Positions 1 through 12,114 of a stretch of 64,000 nt of DNA are shown piece after piece. Location: positions 216,132,001 to 216,196,000 of the forward strand of contig OZ024743.1 in the NCBI GenBank assembly GCA_964016885.1, in the 5' to 3' direction. Positions within the stretch are counted from its first letter, which is position 1. Every line of letters begins with the position of its first letter. The notes below the pieces were generated by a model. The model made no database searches and was not told the DNA's origin. It saw only the letters and a list, made by a program, of their open reading frames with translations. Source of the stretch: Eledone cirrhosa. Taxonomy: Eukaryota. Both the position numbers and the translations under genes were made by a program.

Positions 1-1226
1 ATAACCATCTCTACTTATAGAAAATGGCATCCAGCGGGCTATAAAAATACCTATACAACAACTTAGAACAACCCAAGGAAGAAGAAACCAAGAACTGGTC
101 ATACCATTTATAATGACACACAACCCATGTCACCAGAATATCTTCAACACTGCCAAAGCAAACCTACCGATCATTGCTCAAAGTAATGAATTAAAAGGCT
201 TAATCACAGATCGATCTTTGACTCTTAGTAAAAGACAGCCAAACAATTTGAAGCAATTGCTAACAAAAGCAAAGTTTGACCTTAACAACAAAGTCCAATC
301 ATTCACTGTATCTAAATGCAATGATAATTGATGCGGCACATGTCAATCCATACACGCCGGTCAATATATGAAAACAAAAACTGGAAAAATATTCCCAAAT
401 GCAAATATAAACTGCAAAAGCAGAAATCTAATTTACTGCATTAAATGCCCGAATTGTGAAGAACTATATGTTGGTCAAACTGGAAATGCACTATCGGAAC
501 GTGCACGGGTACACCGTCAACAAATCAGAGACCCAAATGTACGTCAGATACCCCTAAGCGGCCACCTAGCAACATGTGGTCAGGGAATATTTATAATATT
601 CCCATTTTACAAATTACACAGCCCAAGTGAAATCAAGAGAAAAATCAAAGAAAAGAATTTTATTGATAAATTCAAACCCAAGCTAAATGAACAATAATAA
701 CGCCTAGGGGTATTACTTCTACTACCACTATGACCACGACCACTAACAACAACAACAACAACAACAATAATAATAATAAAAGTGATGTTGATGGTGATGA
801 TTAATAGAAAATGCTATTTTCATCATTTCAAAAAGCAAAACAATTCATACGTTGGGTATGACTATTGGTCGTTAGCATGCTCAACCAGCCGTGACGCTTA
901 AACCAATCAGCTGTAGTAATTCAGTGAAACTACACACTGATTGGTCGAAATACAGTTTACAGGGCTTTGCATTCTGGAGCCACTTTTCTCTGTATAAAAT
1001 GTATAAAAGGTAGTAAATTTACCCATCTCATTACAGTTGAAAATTGCAAACTCGACTGTAACCACATATCATGAACCTGAAGATTGCGAAAGCATGAAAG
1101 TACTTGTTCAATTAACACTTAGAATTTAATATTCTATCATACTATTTCATTATAATACCATATTATATGTATTTTAAAGGATCGTAAATAAAACGAGTAA
1201 ATCAGACCAAGTTGGAATTCCTCTTA

Positions 1227-1229
<3 letters not shown>
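1..1229 (+). mobile_element. Penelope-like element 3' part (Neptune-type): RT thumb, Cys linker, GIY-YIG endonuclease and 3' region ending in (TA)n
   Basis: One frame reads PSLLIENGIQRA..IPFIMTHNP..KCNDN*CGTC..NLIYCIKCPNCEELYVGQTG..R..H..E..LN. In-frame TGA at 329-331. Hammerhead downstream. Confidence 0.9.
1072..1110 (+). ncRNA. Minimal type I hammerhead ribozyme
   Basis: TGAAC-CTGAAGA-T-TGC gaaa GCA-T-GAAA-GTAC-TT-GTTCA: stem I TGAAC/GTTCA, GAAA-capped stem II, palindromic stem III. Confidence 0.85.
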
Positions 1230-1289
<60 letters not shown>

Positions 1290-1292
<3 letters not shown>

Positions 1293-1866
1293 AGTTGGCA
1301 TATAATGATCAGAAAGGCTTTAGGCACTACCACTTTTAATGTCGCACTACATTTCGCCAAGGGACTTGAGCACTGGAGCGCGATGCTACCATTTTTTGTA
1401 CAGCGATTGGAGACTGATTTTCTCTAATATCCAATGTTTTCACTCATTTGTTATATTGTGTTTGAAATTTGTTGGTTTAGTGCTTATGGCGGGAGATGGA
1501 GTATTTGAATTTCGACTCCTACCATCATATAAATTTCAGAACAAGTAGCCAATCGGTTGACAGCATTGTGACGATGCATAAGGATTTCAGTTGCTAATAT
1601 ATTACTGTGTCACCAGTCACATTCCCTGCCATAGCCGACACGGACTGGAATCGAAATATGTCGATCGATTGATTAAACGAAACCTGCTGATGAAGCCACG
1701 TGCGCCGATTTTGCATTGTTGCATAATAAATATAGACATTGGATGTCATGGACACTATTGATGTATTAAGTATGGCCGAAACTCGAATTCAGGTATATAT
1801 TTAAGGTACCCATTCACGTATTGGAGCAAATAACATTCTGTCTACTCTGAGAATTTTACAGAACAT
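1290..1866 (+). mobile_element. Truncated PLE 3' end between two (TA)n tracts
   Basis: Remnant GIY-YIG C-terminus (IRK..VALHF..FFVQRLET) followed by a hammerhead motif. Confidence 0.6.
1682..1794 (+). ncRNA. Type I hammerhead with a long insertion in stem II
   Basis: ACCTG-CTGATGA-A-GCCA...TGGC-C-GAAA-CTCGAA-TT-CAGGT; stem I ACCTG/CAGGT. Confidence 0.6.
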
Positions 1867-2355
1867 TATATATATATTATATATATAACATTATATATAT
1901 TTATATATATATAAGTATATATATAAATGAAATAAATACAAAGGAGTATATACCGTTAAAACATGTTTATATAAAAATGCACCTACGTACGCTTCGCCCA
2001 AAAAGGACTTCTCGAGGGCATAGAAAACAAAAAAAAATGATTAGTACGTGATCAAGGAGGGGTTTTAAGGTTATATTTACATCAGAGTTCATTCTCCGTT
2101 TAAGCACGCGTGTTGTTTTTGCCACAGAGCAAGAGCGGTGCTTGAAAAACCGTCCCCCACAGCTTTTTACCCGTTCACATGATGGTGTTTTGCGTTATTA
2201 TTTTGTGGGTGCTGCGTTACTACTGCCGGTTCGAGCCGGGACTGGGATGTATATTTGGTTCACCGATGATTATTTGCGCCTGCTGCCCTCCGGAGTGTTA
2301 TGGTTTGGGCAGGGGGACACAGTTTATAGTTTTGATGCCACAAATACGACACATT

Positions 2356-2492
2356 TATTCGGTGCCTGTAGTTTATGACGGATTCGGCTGTGCTGTTTAT
2401 GAGTTATAGTAGCTTTACTATATCATAAGAGCACCCCTTGAACTCATAAACAGCAGAGCCGAATCCGTCATAAACTGCAGGCACCGAATAAA
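2356..2492. repeat. Inverted repeat with ~50 bp arms
   Basis: TTTATTCGGTGCCTGTAGTTTATGACGGATTCGGC... pairs with ...GCCGAATCCGTCATAAACTGCAGGCACCGAATAAA. Confidence 0.9.
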
Positions 2493-2730
2493 GGTTTATT
2501 ATAATGTAAAACAAACAGCCCGAATTAAGCCGTAAAGTGTTCTGCATCCATCGTTGCCCTTTTGTTCAACACTGACAAGAGGAACGATGAACTAGTTTCT
2601 AGCTTATTAGCTGTCATCAGCACCGTATACCTTCCTGTCAGTCGAATGAACGTTTGAAAGTATATACTTTCCTTAAGCATATTAACGGCTAAGTGAGAAA
2701 TAAATTTTCATTTTTTTCCATTTATATATA

Positions 2731-3195
2731 TACAATATATTAACAAATGGAAACTATATTTATAAAACCATATTTATTTTATTATACATATTTCAAGGGC
2801 CACCAAGGCAAATTATGATGCGCTTCCATCAGATAAAATACAATACAGATTAGATTTATAAATAAATATTGAAATACCCTGAAAAAAGACAACCTTAATG
2901 GTTGGAGTTTCTTGGATAGCTTCCTGGACTATCTTCCTGGATAATCTTCCAGGACTAGCTTCCTGGACTATCCAAGAAGATCCAACCGTTAAGGTTGTCT
3001 TTTTTCAGGGTATGTAAATATTTATTTATAAAATTAATCTGTATTGTATTTTATCTGATGAAAGCGCACCATAATTTGCCTTGGTGGCCCTTGAAATATG
3101 TATAATAAAATAAATATGGTTTTATAAATATAGTTTCCATTTGTTAATATATTGTATAATTACTCCACTAACTGTTGAGTGCTTTATATCCCCTC

Positions 3196-3197
<2 letters not shown>
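2731..3197. mobile_element. Fold-back pair of PLE 3' ends (~190 bp arms), each with a hammerhead (2775-2840 minus, 3047-3112 plus)
   Basis: The arms are reverse complements. Plus-strand motif: TATTTTAT-CTGATGA-AAG..CACCA..TGGTG..CTT-GAAA-TATGTA-TA-ATAAAATA. Confidence 0.85.
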
Positions 3198-3242
<45 letters not shown>

Positions 3243-3266
3243 ACGCACACACACACGCACAGACAC

Positions 3267-3314
<48 letters not shown>

Positions 3315-3339
3315 TATACTTACTTATATATATATATAT

Positions 3340-4225
3340 CTAAGGCGGGTAAAATTCCCGAGATCCATGGACGAGTTCTCTCCAGCGGTCTCTGTCCCTC
3401 ATTATTGCTGCCATATCCTGCATCTCCAACAGACAAGTGTCTGTCCTTAGGGCATCAACATATGTTAACCTTGAACTTCCTCTTCTAGTGTGTCCATGTA
3501 GGGGCTCCCAAAGGAGCACTGAGTGCAATGTCAACTCTGGATGTCGGTGAGCATGTCCAGCCAACGTCAGTCTCCTCTGTGTCACTTTTGAGCTGACTTT
3601 TGGGATGCTCCCATACAGCTCTGAGTTTTTCATCCTCAGTGTATACTGATTAATGTTCAGAGTCATCCTCAGCATTCTCGTGTAGCACCCATCCACCATC
3701 TGAGTGAGTTTCTTGGTCAGTGTCCAAGTTTCAGACCCGCACAGCAGCACAGACTCCACTACAGCAATGAAGAGGCGGACCTTCAGGTCTCTACGAAGGT
3801 CCGACTTCCACACCGATCTCAAGCTGTGGCACGCCGCCCAGGCCTTGCTCTTCCTCTCAACCACATCATCTTCCGTATTCCCAATCTTTGCTCCCAAATA
3901 CAGGAAGTCCTCAACCAATTCCAGCGGCTTCCCGCCTACATTAGTGATCCCCTATGGCTTCTCAACATTCTCTACCAGATATTTTGTTTTAGTCTCATTC
4001 ATTCTCATCGACACAGTCTCAACCTCCCGCATCAAATCCTCTGCCTCCTTGTTCGCTCTAACTCTCCTGCTCTGAGCCGGTGCTACAGTAAAGCCAAAGT
4101 CCTGGTGTTTCTCCAGTGCAAGGCGCATACAATAGTCCACTACGATGATAAAAAGTTAGGGAGCCAATGTATCTCCCTGGAGCACTCCAGCCAGTATCTC
4201 AAAGAACTCTGTCATCCCATCAGGA
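3340..4225 (-). mobile_element. RTE-clade non-LTR retrotransposon, 5'-truncated and deleted RT C-terminus
   Basis: EDFLYLG, ESVLLCGSETWTL, DGCYTRMLR, LAGH, DRDRWR motifs; flanked by (TA)n. Confidence 0.85.
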
Positions 4226-4369
4226 TATTTATATATATATATACGGGGTAACAGATTATTGTTATAGTTAGTCCACTTAAGTGTAGTCGAGTTATGGTAT
4301 TCCGGGTAGCGGATGATATCAACGCTTGGCTAACTTTGATTCAACAAGGCGTTTCCATAGTGATGCTGT

Positions 4370-4635
4370 ATAAATAAATATTGACATACCCTTAAAGAAT
4401 GCAACCTGTTGAATTCTTTAAGGGTATGTCAATATTTATTTATAAAACTGATCTATATTATATTTTATCTGATGAAAGTACACCATAATTTAACTTGGTG
4501 TCCTTGAAATATGTATAATGAAATAAATCTGGTTTTATAAATATAGTTTCCATTTGTTAATATCGTTGAGTGCTTTATATCAGTTATAAAAATATTGGCT
4601 TGTTGTATCCCAACAATTTAAATAGAACTTTTACA
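4370..4635 (+). mobile_element. Third copy of the 2731-3197 PLE tail, with hammerhead (4461-4525) and a short 5' fold-back (4370-4444)
   Basis: Homologous to 3005-3190. Hairpin TAAATAAATATTGACATACCCTTAAAGAAT / ATTCTTTAAGGGTATGTCAATATTTATTTA. Confidence 0.8.
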
Positions 4636-5125
4636 TATATATATATATATAGGTGTTTGAAAAGAGAAAACTACATTTTTATATACAAATGATACATGTC
4701 TTTTACATTATAGATTTCATTAGAAAATATTTCTAACCATCATTGAAATGGCGGTTTCTTTCTACCCTCTATTCTAAGAAAGCGCAAAGGCACAAATCGC
4801 TGACATATGCAACATTTCTTTTTTTTATTTCGTGACAGGACAATGAGAGGAACTTGAAATGATGTATATTATTTCGAGGTTTATCACATTTAATATATAT
4901 GCACAATATATATATTTGACGGAACCACAGAAAAATGGAATCATGCGCAAATAAATTTGCATATATTATAAATATATACATGCACACACATTCACACACA
5001 CACATATATACATATATATGTGTGTGTGTATGAGTGTGTATGCACATACACACTCAGTCACACACACATATAGGCACACTCATATAAAGGTACACACATA
5101 TACATACATACACATATATATATAT

Positions 5126-5152
5126 AGAAAGAGAGAGAGAGAGAAAGAGAGG

Positions 5153-5230
<78 letters not shown>

Positions 5231-5240
5231 GAGAGAGAGA
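5126..5240. repeat. (GA)n microsatellite
   Basis: Direct inspection. Confidence 0.95.
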
Positions 5241-5824
5241 TTTTGATAATCAGATAGTAATAAAACATTATCTGTTAAACATAAATGAATATCGATCTGA
5301 GATTTGTACTTACAATTTGTGAATATTTTTTCAGTTTATCGTATTCACTTCCAAATATATGAATTATGTATTTTTTTAAATAATACATTTTGGCGAAAAC
5401 ACTTAGATTTAATTGAATTGTGAAATTTTGTAGATGTCTGAGGAATTATCTCTTTCTGTGAAATATGTAATTCACGATATAAAGACTAATAGTATAGATT
5501 CTTATGTAAGAGAGAATTATAAACTTGCGTCATGATTTGATTAAAGCGTTTTCTAGTGATAAACAATGTAATATTGCCTGTCTAAGATGCGACATGAAAG
5601 TTTTATGGGAAAAAGAGGAATGATTTTTGTTTTTCCGAATTGTTATTTATGTGTTTCTTCCTCGTTCAACAAAACATTGACATTTTATATTGTATAAAAT
5701 AAAAAATGCATGTTGAGAATACAATGCTATCATCAAAACTAGTTTTGATTTCAAAATTCTTCGATGAAATAAGAATTCACACCTTTTATACATGAATAAA
5801 TATATTTATATATATATATTTCGT

Positions 5825-6935
5825 TTCTGAATATAGAAAGAACTAAGAACAAGGCCAATAGAATAAACTCATGGTATGATAGCAATAAATACCAGAGTGT
5901 AATGTTCATCATTACAACCCCTAGAGGTGAACTAGCCTACAAATTTAGAAGGGCCCTAAAGAAACATAATCTCAATATTAAGATAGTAGAAAGACCTGGT
6001 ACCTCCGTAAAAACACTTATTAGCAAGACATACCCGTTCCAAAGACCCTCATGTATAGATAAGAAATGTATAACCTGTAAAATAAGCCCCCATATTAACT
6101 GTAAAACTAGAAATGTAGTATATAGCATAAGATGTACTGAGGGACAATGTAGAAACAAAAATATAGTGTACATAGGTGAGACAGCTCGTAGTATAGGGGA
6201 ACGAATAAATGAACACTGGCGAGACCTCCAAGATAGTAAAGAATCATCTGTGCTCTACCAACATGCTAAGATAGAACACAGGGGTAAATTAGAGAGCATA
6301 GAAATAAAAATAGAATCCACACACAAGAAAGACGCAATGTTTAGGCAAATTACAGAGGCAGTAAGCATAAAGGAATTAAAACCAAAATTAAATAGAAAAT
6401 ATGAGTGGAACAGCAACATCACAACTTACAATTAAGGACAAAATGAAAACACACACACACATATATAAACAACTTACAATTGAAAACACACACAAAATGA
6501 AAACACACACAAGACAAAATGAAAACACACACACACATAGAACAAACAACCAACCAACAATAAATAAATAAATAAACAAACAAATATAAATATAAAAATA
6601 GAAAAATAGAAAAATGAACACAAACACACACAGACACCCGGATGTGGCGCATGCGCAAACTGAGCACGCAACCCACACACAAACAAAATGGCGTAGGATA
6701 GAAGAAAGGAAAGGCACAGAAACGAAGAAAGAAATCCCCAGTCACTGAAGAGGTCACAGAGTGTGTGACGAAAGAACTATGACTATATATATATAAACAA
6801 CTATCTGGTTGTGGAACCAACCAACCAACCAGAAATTTATAAATTTGTAAATTTATAAATATATATTAAATTAAATTGAAGTGAAAGCAACTGGTGCGTG
6901 TGTTTCTTATTGGCAACATGACCCTCCCAAAGTAT

Positions 6936-6940
<5 letters not shown>
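5825..6940 (+). mobile_element. 5'-truncated PLE with GIY-YIG domain (ORF 5902-6435) and 3' region
   Basis: C-x4-C-x2-C linker, NVVYSIRC..YIGETARSIGERINEH..EAV.I...KPKLNRKYE; ends in (TA)n. Confidence 0.9.
6740..6784 (+). ncRNA. Type I hammerhead ribozyme
   Basis: AGTCA-CTGAAGA-G-GTCACA gagtg TGTGAC-GAAA-GAAC-TA-TGACT. Confidence 0.85.
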
Positions 6941-6997
<57 letters not shown>

Positions 6998-7284
6998 AGA
7001 TTTGAATGGATACAGTTTAGTTGAAAGGAATTTATTGACACGTGTTTCTATAACAGTTACATAACCTAAAACAGCTATCTACAAACTTTTAGTTATGCAG
7101 ACATTCAATATTTCAATGATATTGTTTACTGTCATTTCATCAGAATAATATTACTGAGGACCTATTTAGTTTTTATAGAGAATATTAGGAGGAAGGGGTG
7201 AAGTTGTTAGAAGAATAGTTGAAGGAGTGGTTTTTCGATAGCAGTGAGAATAAACCTTAATCTAGTTAGAAAAATATAAAAAGA

Positions 7285-7531
7285 ATAAACCTTAATCTAG
7301 TTAGAAAAATATAAAAACAATCTCTTTTCAACATATATTAATAACCTTAAATTACCATACTAATAATGAAAAGATATGCTGATGAGAATAGGTACAAATA
7401 TGCGATAATGAATGTGTCTAAAAACGTCCATAAGTATGTATATATATGTGAAAATGTATATAAATAAGTAAATATATATATATGTTTGATGTGTATAGTT
7501 AGATGTAAGTGTATTCATGTATTAAAGTGCT

Positions 7532-7580
<49 letters not shown>

Positions 7581-7581
7581 G

Positions 7582-7626
<45 letters not shown>

Positions 7627-8485
7627 GTATATGTATATATGTATATATATATGTGTATGTATGTATGTGTATATGGATGCGTATGTATGTGTATGTGTGT
7701 ACACATGGACTAGAGTATGTATGTATATATGTGTGTGTCTATACGTGTGTATATATAAAGATAAGTTGAGTATGAAAATGTATACACATGAGCGCGTATG
7801 TATGTACATGAATACATGTGTGTATATATATGTGTATGCATGTGTATATATATGTAAGTATGAATATGTGAATTGTGAGTATATGTATTTTGTAGAGGTG
7901 TGCAAATATATTTGTGTGTGAATGCGTGGGTGAAAGAATACGTACACTTGAAAGAAAAATTTAAGTCTGAATGTTAAGTGCAAACACAAAACCAACCACG
8001 CATATCTTTACTATCTCTAATCCTTCTATAGATTTAGAAAAATAACCAATAATATATTCTATAAAAAATGTCAAAACAACAGATGGGAATCTAATTAATC
8101 ACTGCCACCAAGAATTCTCACTGCTATCGAAAAACCACTCCTTCAACTATTCTTCTAACAACTTCACCCCTTCCTCCTAATATTCTCTATAAAAACTAAA
8201 TAGGTCCTCAGTAATATTATTCTGATGAAATGACAGTAAACAATAACATTGAAATATTGAATGTCTGCATAACTAAAAGTTTGTAGATAGCTGTTTTAGG
8301 TTATGTAACTGTTATAGAAACACGTGTCAATAAATTCCTTTCAACTAAACTGTATCCATTCAAATCTTTCTATTTTTCTCCGGATTACTTTTGGAACTAC
8401 AACTGGAACCGTCGAGCAAACTCTACGTGAGCTGATAATCTACTGTGTGTAATATTTATATTACAACACAACGGAAAAAACTGTA
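7285..8485 (+). repeat. 5' pseudo-LTR containing a ~500 bp TA/TG low-complexity tract and a degenerate hammerhead motif (8216-8264)
   Basis: Direct repeat of 10882-12080; CTGATGA-AATG..CATT-GAAA. Confidence 0.9.
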
Positions 8486-8537
8486 TATTTACCTCCTGTA
8501 AAGTCGAGCAACCCACACAGCAAACGCAACCACAACA

Positions 8538-10859
8538 ATGGAAAAACACTACCTGGATATGTCACTCAAAAACATACCAACCCAAGGTAGAAAGGAATAT
8601 TTATTGAGCATGATTCAAAAAACTAATGAATTCATTCGACGTGTCAGGTGGAAAACGCTCCACTATGATAGAAGCCGTATGAACTCAACATTAGAAAGTG
8701 GTGTAAACAAAAAATTCGGTTTTAGGACTTGTAAAAACCCACCCACCAACCCACTATTAGATGCATTTGAGCAGGACCTTATGAACTTAATCCTTAAAAT
8801 TAAATTCAAAGGACGCAACACCAACAGCAAATTACAGAAAGATATAAAAAAACTACTGGACGACCTTAAAAACACCAAAGGAATTGTAGTAAAAGCGGAC
8901 AAAACATCAAACCTGTACACTATGGATTGCACTACATACAACAACTTCATTCGAAAAGAATTACATAAAAAATATAGAAAAACGAGTGAAGTAACCCTTA
9001 AGCACATCAATGATGAGGCATGCGAAATAGTGAAAAATCTCGGAATCGAAGATAGGACAGGACCACTCTTACCGGCGGTACCCACTTTCAATCTTAAGGA
9101 CCACAAGGTAAACTTTGATAATGACCCTAAAATTAGATTAATCTGCCCCTCTAAATCAGATATAGGTAAAATAAGCAAATATATCTTAGATAGAATCATC
9201 CCCCAAATTAAGGCTAAGGTTAACATTAAACTCTGGGGGAAGACCCAAGAAGCAATAAGATGGTTTAATAGCATTAGCAATAAGAATAATTCTAAGTTTA
9301 TCCAGTTTGATATCGATGAATATTACTCATCGATATCACCTGAAACTTTGAATAGAGCCATTAAGTTTGCTAAGGATAACTCCGACCTTACAAACGATGA
9401 AATTAAGATTATATTAGAAGCTAGGAAAACTATAGTCAAATTTGAGAACAGTTATTGGGTACGTAAAGATAGACCCTCTAACTTTGACATAACAATGGGC
9501 TCTAACGATTCGGCGGAAATAACTGATATTGTGGGGTTATTTATCGCCTTTAGACTCCAGGAAAAATTCAGCAATCTCCACGGCGGAATATACCGCGACG
9601 ATGTTCTCCTCCTAGCTAAAAACCTTAATAACCAAAAACTAGAAAAACTACGCAAAGATATAAGAAAATTACTACTCGAAATAGGACTAACTATAACATA
9701 TGAATACAACCTTAAAGTAGTTAACTTCCTGGATGTCACACTCAATTTAAACTCTGGTTTGATTAAACCGTTTCATAAATTGAATGAAAATCTCAAATAC
9801 GTAAATGTTGGGTCTAACCACCCCATCTCTATAATTAAATCTATCCCTAAAAATATTTCCCTTAGAATCTCGGGTCTATCTTCTAACATACAAGTATTTA
9901 AGGAACACACCGAGTACTACGATAACGCCCTTAGTAAAGCAGGCTACCTCAACAAAATAGAGTACATAGATGGGAACAATCAAAACACCCAAAATAAATC
10001 CCACATAGGTAGATATAATAACACAACACCAAACCACACTTACTACCATAGTATGCACACCAGTAAACCAACAAACAAAACTAATAGAAAGCGATGCAAA
10101 GAGTACTTATGGTATAACCCCGAATACAATAGCTCCATTAGTACAAATTTACCAGTACTCTTCTTTAAAATAATTAAAAGACATTTTCCCACATCACACA
10201 AATACCACAAAATCCTAAACCCTACCACTATAAGACTGTCATACTCTACAGCGTTAAACCTTGAACAACACATAAAAAAGATCAATACTAGAAGGTTAAA
10301 CGAAAACACTAAGAACTTAAGTACAAAGAACCCCAAAAAAACAGTAGACAATACACTACAGAACATAAATAAACCACACCTAAGTTCGTCCGCAATACTA
10401 CTCCAGAGAAAACCCAACGTACACAACTGTAACTGCACCTATCCTGACAACTGCCCCCTCGGCAATAACTGCCTGGAAAAAAATATTATTTATAAGTGTA
10501 CCATTAAATCCGGAGGCAACGAGTGGTATTACGTGGGATCAACGGCAACATCGTTTAAATCTCGATTGTATAGGCATTCTTACTCAATAAAACACCAGAG
10601 CCAAAGAAATGTAACAACTTTAGCAGAGAAAGCTTGGACGCTCAGGGATAGCAATCAAAAGTTTACCCTAAAATGGGAAAAATTAGCTAAAACCCAAAGC
10701 TTTTCCAGGAGCCAAAATTTCTGCAAATTGTGTAATCTTGAGATTTATTACATAATCACACACAAGAAGAAACTGCTGAATAACAGAATTGAACGAACAT
10801 TATTCTGCCGTCACAGAACTAAAACCCTTTTTTCCCACTACAAGCCGAATATTACATAA
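8538..10859 (+). CDS. PLE reverse transcriptase + C-terminal GIY-YIG endonuclease, 773 aa
   Basis: ADKT, LKDHK, QFDIDEYY, ITMGS, GIYRDD, NFLD, WYNP, CNC..CPL..CL, IIYKC..YVGST..FKSR, C..C..E..N. Confidence 0.95.
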   Translation: MEKHYLDMSLKNIPTQGRKEYLLSMIQKTNEFIRRVRWKTLHYDRSRMNSTLESGVNKKFGFRTCKNPPTNPLLDAFEQDLMNLILKIKFKGRNTNSKLQKDIKKLLDDLKNTKGIVVKADKTSNLYTMDCTTYNNFIRKELHKKYRKTSEVTLKHINDEACEIVKNLGIEDRTGPLLPAVPTFNLKDHKVNFDNDPKIRLICPSKSDIGKISKYILDRIIPQIKAKVNIKLWGKTQEAIRWFNSISNKNNSKFIQFDIDEYYSSISPETLNRAIKFAKDNSDLTNDEIKIILEARKTIVKFENSYWVRKDRPSNFDITMGSNDSAEITDIVGLFIAFRLQEKFSNLHGGIYRDDVLLLAKNLNNQKLEKLRKDIRKLLLEIGLTITYEYNLKVVNFLDVTLNLNSGLIKPFHKLNENLKYVNVGSNHPISIIKSIPKNISLRISGLSSNIQVFKEHTEYYDNALSKAGYLNKIEYIDGNNQNTQNKSHIGRYNNTTPNHTYYHSMHTSKPTNKTNRKRCKEYLWYNPEYNSSISTNLPVLFFKIIKRHFPTSHKYHKILNPTTIRLSYSTALNLEQHIKKINTRRLNENTKNLSTKNPKKTVDNTLQNINKPHLSSSAILLQRKPNVHNCNCTYPDNCPLGNNCLEKNIIYKCTIKSGGNEWYYVGSTATSFKSRLYRHSYSIKHQSQRNVTTLAEKAWTLRDSNQKFTLKWEKLAKTQSFSRSQNFCKLCNLEIYYIITHKKKLLNNRIERTLFCRHRTKTLFSHYKPNIT

Positions 10860-10881
10860 AAGAGGGACATCCCCCAACTAT

Positions 10882-11128
10882 ATAAACCTTAATCTAGTTA
10901 GAAAAATATAAAAACAATCTCTTTTCAACATATATTAATAACCTTAAATTACCATACTAATAATGAAAAGATATGCTGATGAGAATAGGTACAAATATGC
11001 GATAATGAATGTGTCTAAAAACGTCCATAAGTATGTATATATATGTGAAAATGTATATAAATAAGTAAATATATATATATGTTTGATGTGTATAGTTAGA
11101 TGTAAGTGTATTCATGTATTAAAGTGCT

Positions 11129-11179
<51 letters not shown>

Positions 11180-11180
11180 G

Positions 11181-11221
<41 letters not shown>

Positions 11222-12075
11222 GTATATGTATATATGTATATATATATGTGTATGTATGTATGTGTATATGGATGCGTATGTATGTGTATGTGTGTACACA
11301 TGGACTAGAGTATGTATGTATATATGTGTGTGTCTATACGTGTGTATATATAAAGATAAGTTGAGTATGAAAATGTATACACATGAGCGCGTATGTATGT
11401 ACATGAATACATGTGTGTATATATATGTGTATGCATGTGTATATATATGTAAGTATGAATATGTGAATTGTGAGTATATGTATTTTGTAGAGGTGTGCAA
11501 ATATATTTGTGTGTGAATGCGTGGGTGAAAGAATACGTACACTTGAAAGAAAAATTTAAGTCTGAATGTTAAGTGCAAACACAAAACCAACCACGCATAT
11601 CTTTACTATCTCTAATCCTTCTATAGATTTAGAAAAATAACCAATAATATATTCTATAAAAAATGTCAAAACAACAGATGGGAATCTAATTAATCACTGC
11701 CACCAAGAATTCTCACTGCTATCGAAAAACCACTCCTTCAACTATTCTTCTAACAACTTCACCCCTTCCTCCTAATATTCTCTATAAAAACTAAATAGGT
11801 CCTCAGTAATATTATTCTGATGAAATGACAGTAAACAATAACATTGAAATATTGAATGTCTGCATAACTAAAAGTTTGTAGATAGCTGTTTTAGGTTATG
11901 TAACTGTTATAGAAACACGTGTCAATAAATTCCTTTCAACTAAACTGTATCCATTCAAATCTTTCTATTTTTCTCCGGATTACTTTTGGAACTACAACTG
12001 GAACCGTCGAGCAAACTCTACGTGAGCTGATAATCTACTGTGTGTAATATTTATATTACAACACAACGGAAAAAA

Positions 12076-12080
<5 letters not shown>
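10882..12080 (+). repeat. 3' pseudo-LTR
   Basis: Direct repeat of 7285-8485. Confidence 0.9.

Positions 12081-12112
<32 letters not shown>

Positions 12113-12114
<2 letters not shown>

Larger units (their letters stand above)
6992..12080 (+). mobile_element. Full-length, apparently intact Penelope-like element (Nematis-like by inference) with direct pseudo-LTRs and an upstream inverted partial pLTR
   Basis: Direct repeats 7285-8485 and 10882-12080 are near-identical. 6992-7250 is an inverted copy of 8113-8373. Single intact ORF between the repeats; (TA)n on both sides. Confidence 0.95.

Noticed and set aside
329-331. In-frame TGA in the Cys-rich linker as possible selenocysteine (as in some Naiad PLEs)
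   Set aside because: The TGA sits between, not at, the Cys positions (C-N-D-N-*-C-G-T-C) and is explained by CGA>TGA decay; no SECIS was recognised.
8427-8503. Possible short intron between the pLTR and the ORF (GTGAGC...AAG), as in Drosophila Penelope
   Set aside because: Splice signals are weak and cannot be supported without transcripts.
8663-10438. Antisense ORFs overlapping the PLE RT (and similar ones over Tx1 and Dong ORFs)
   Set aside because: Shadow ORFs of coding sequence with no independent motifs.
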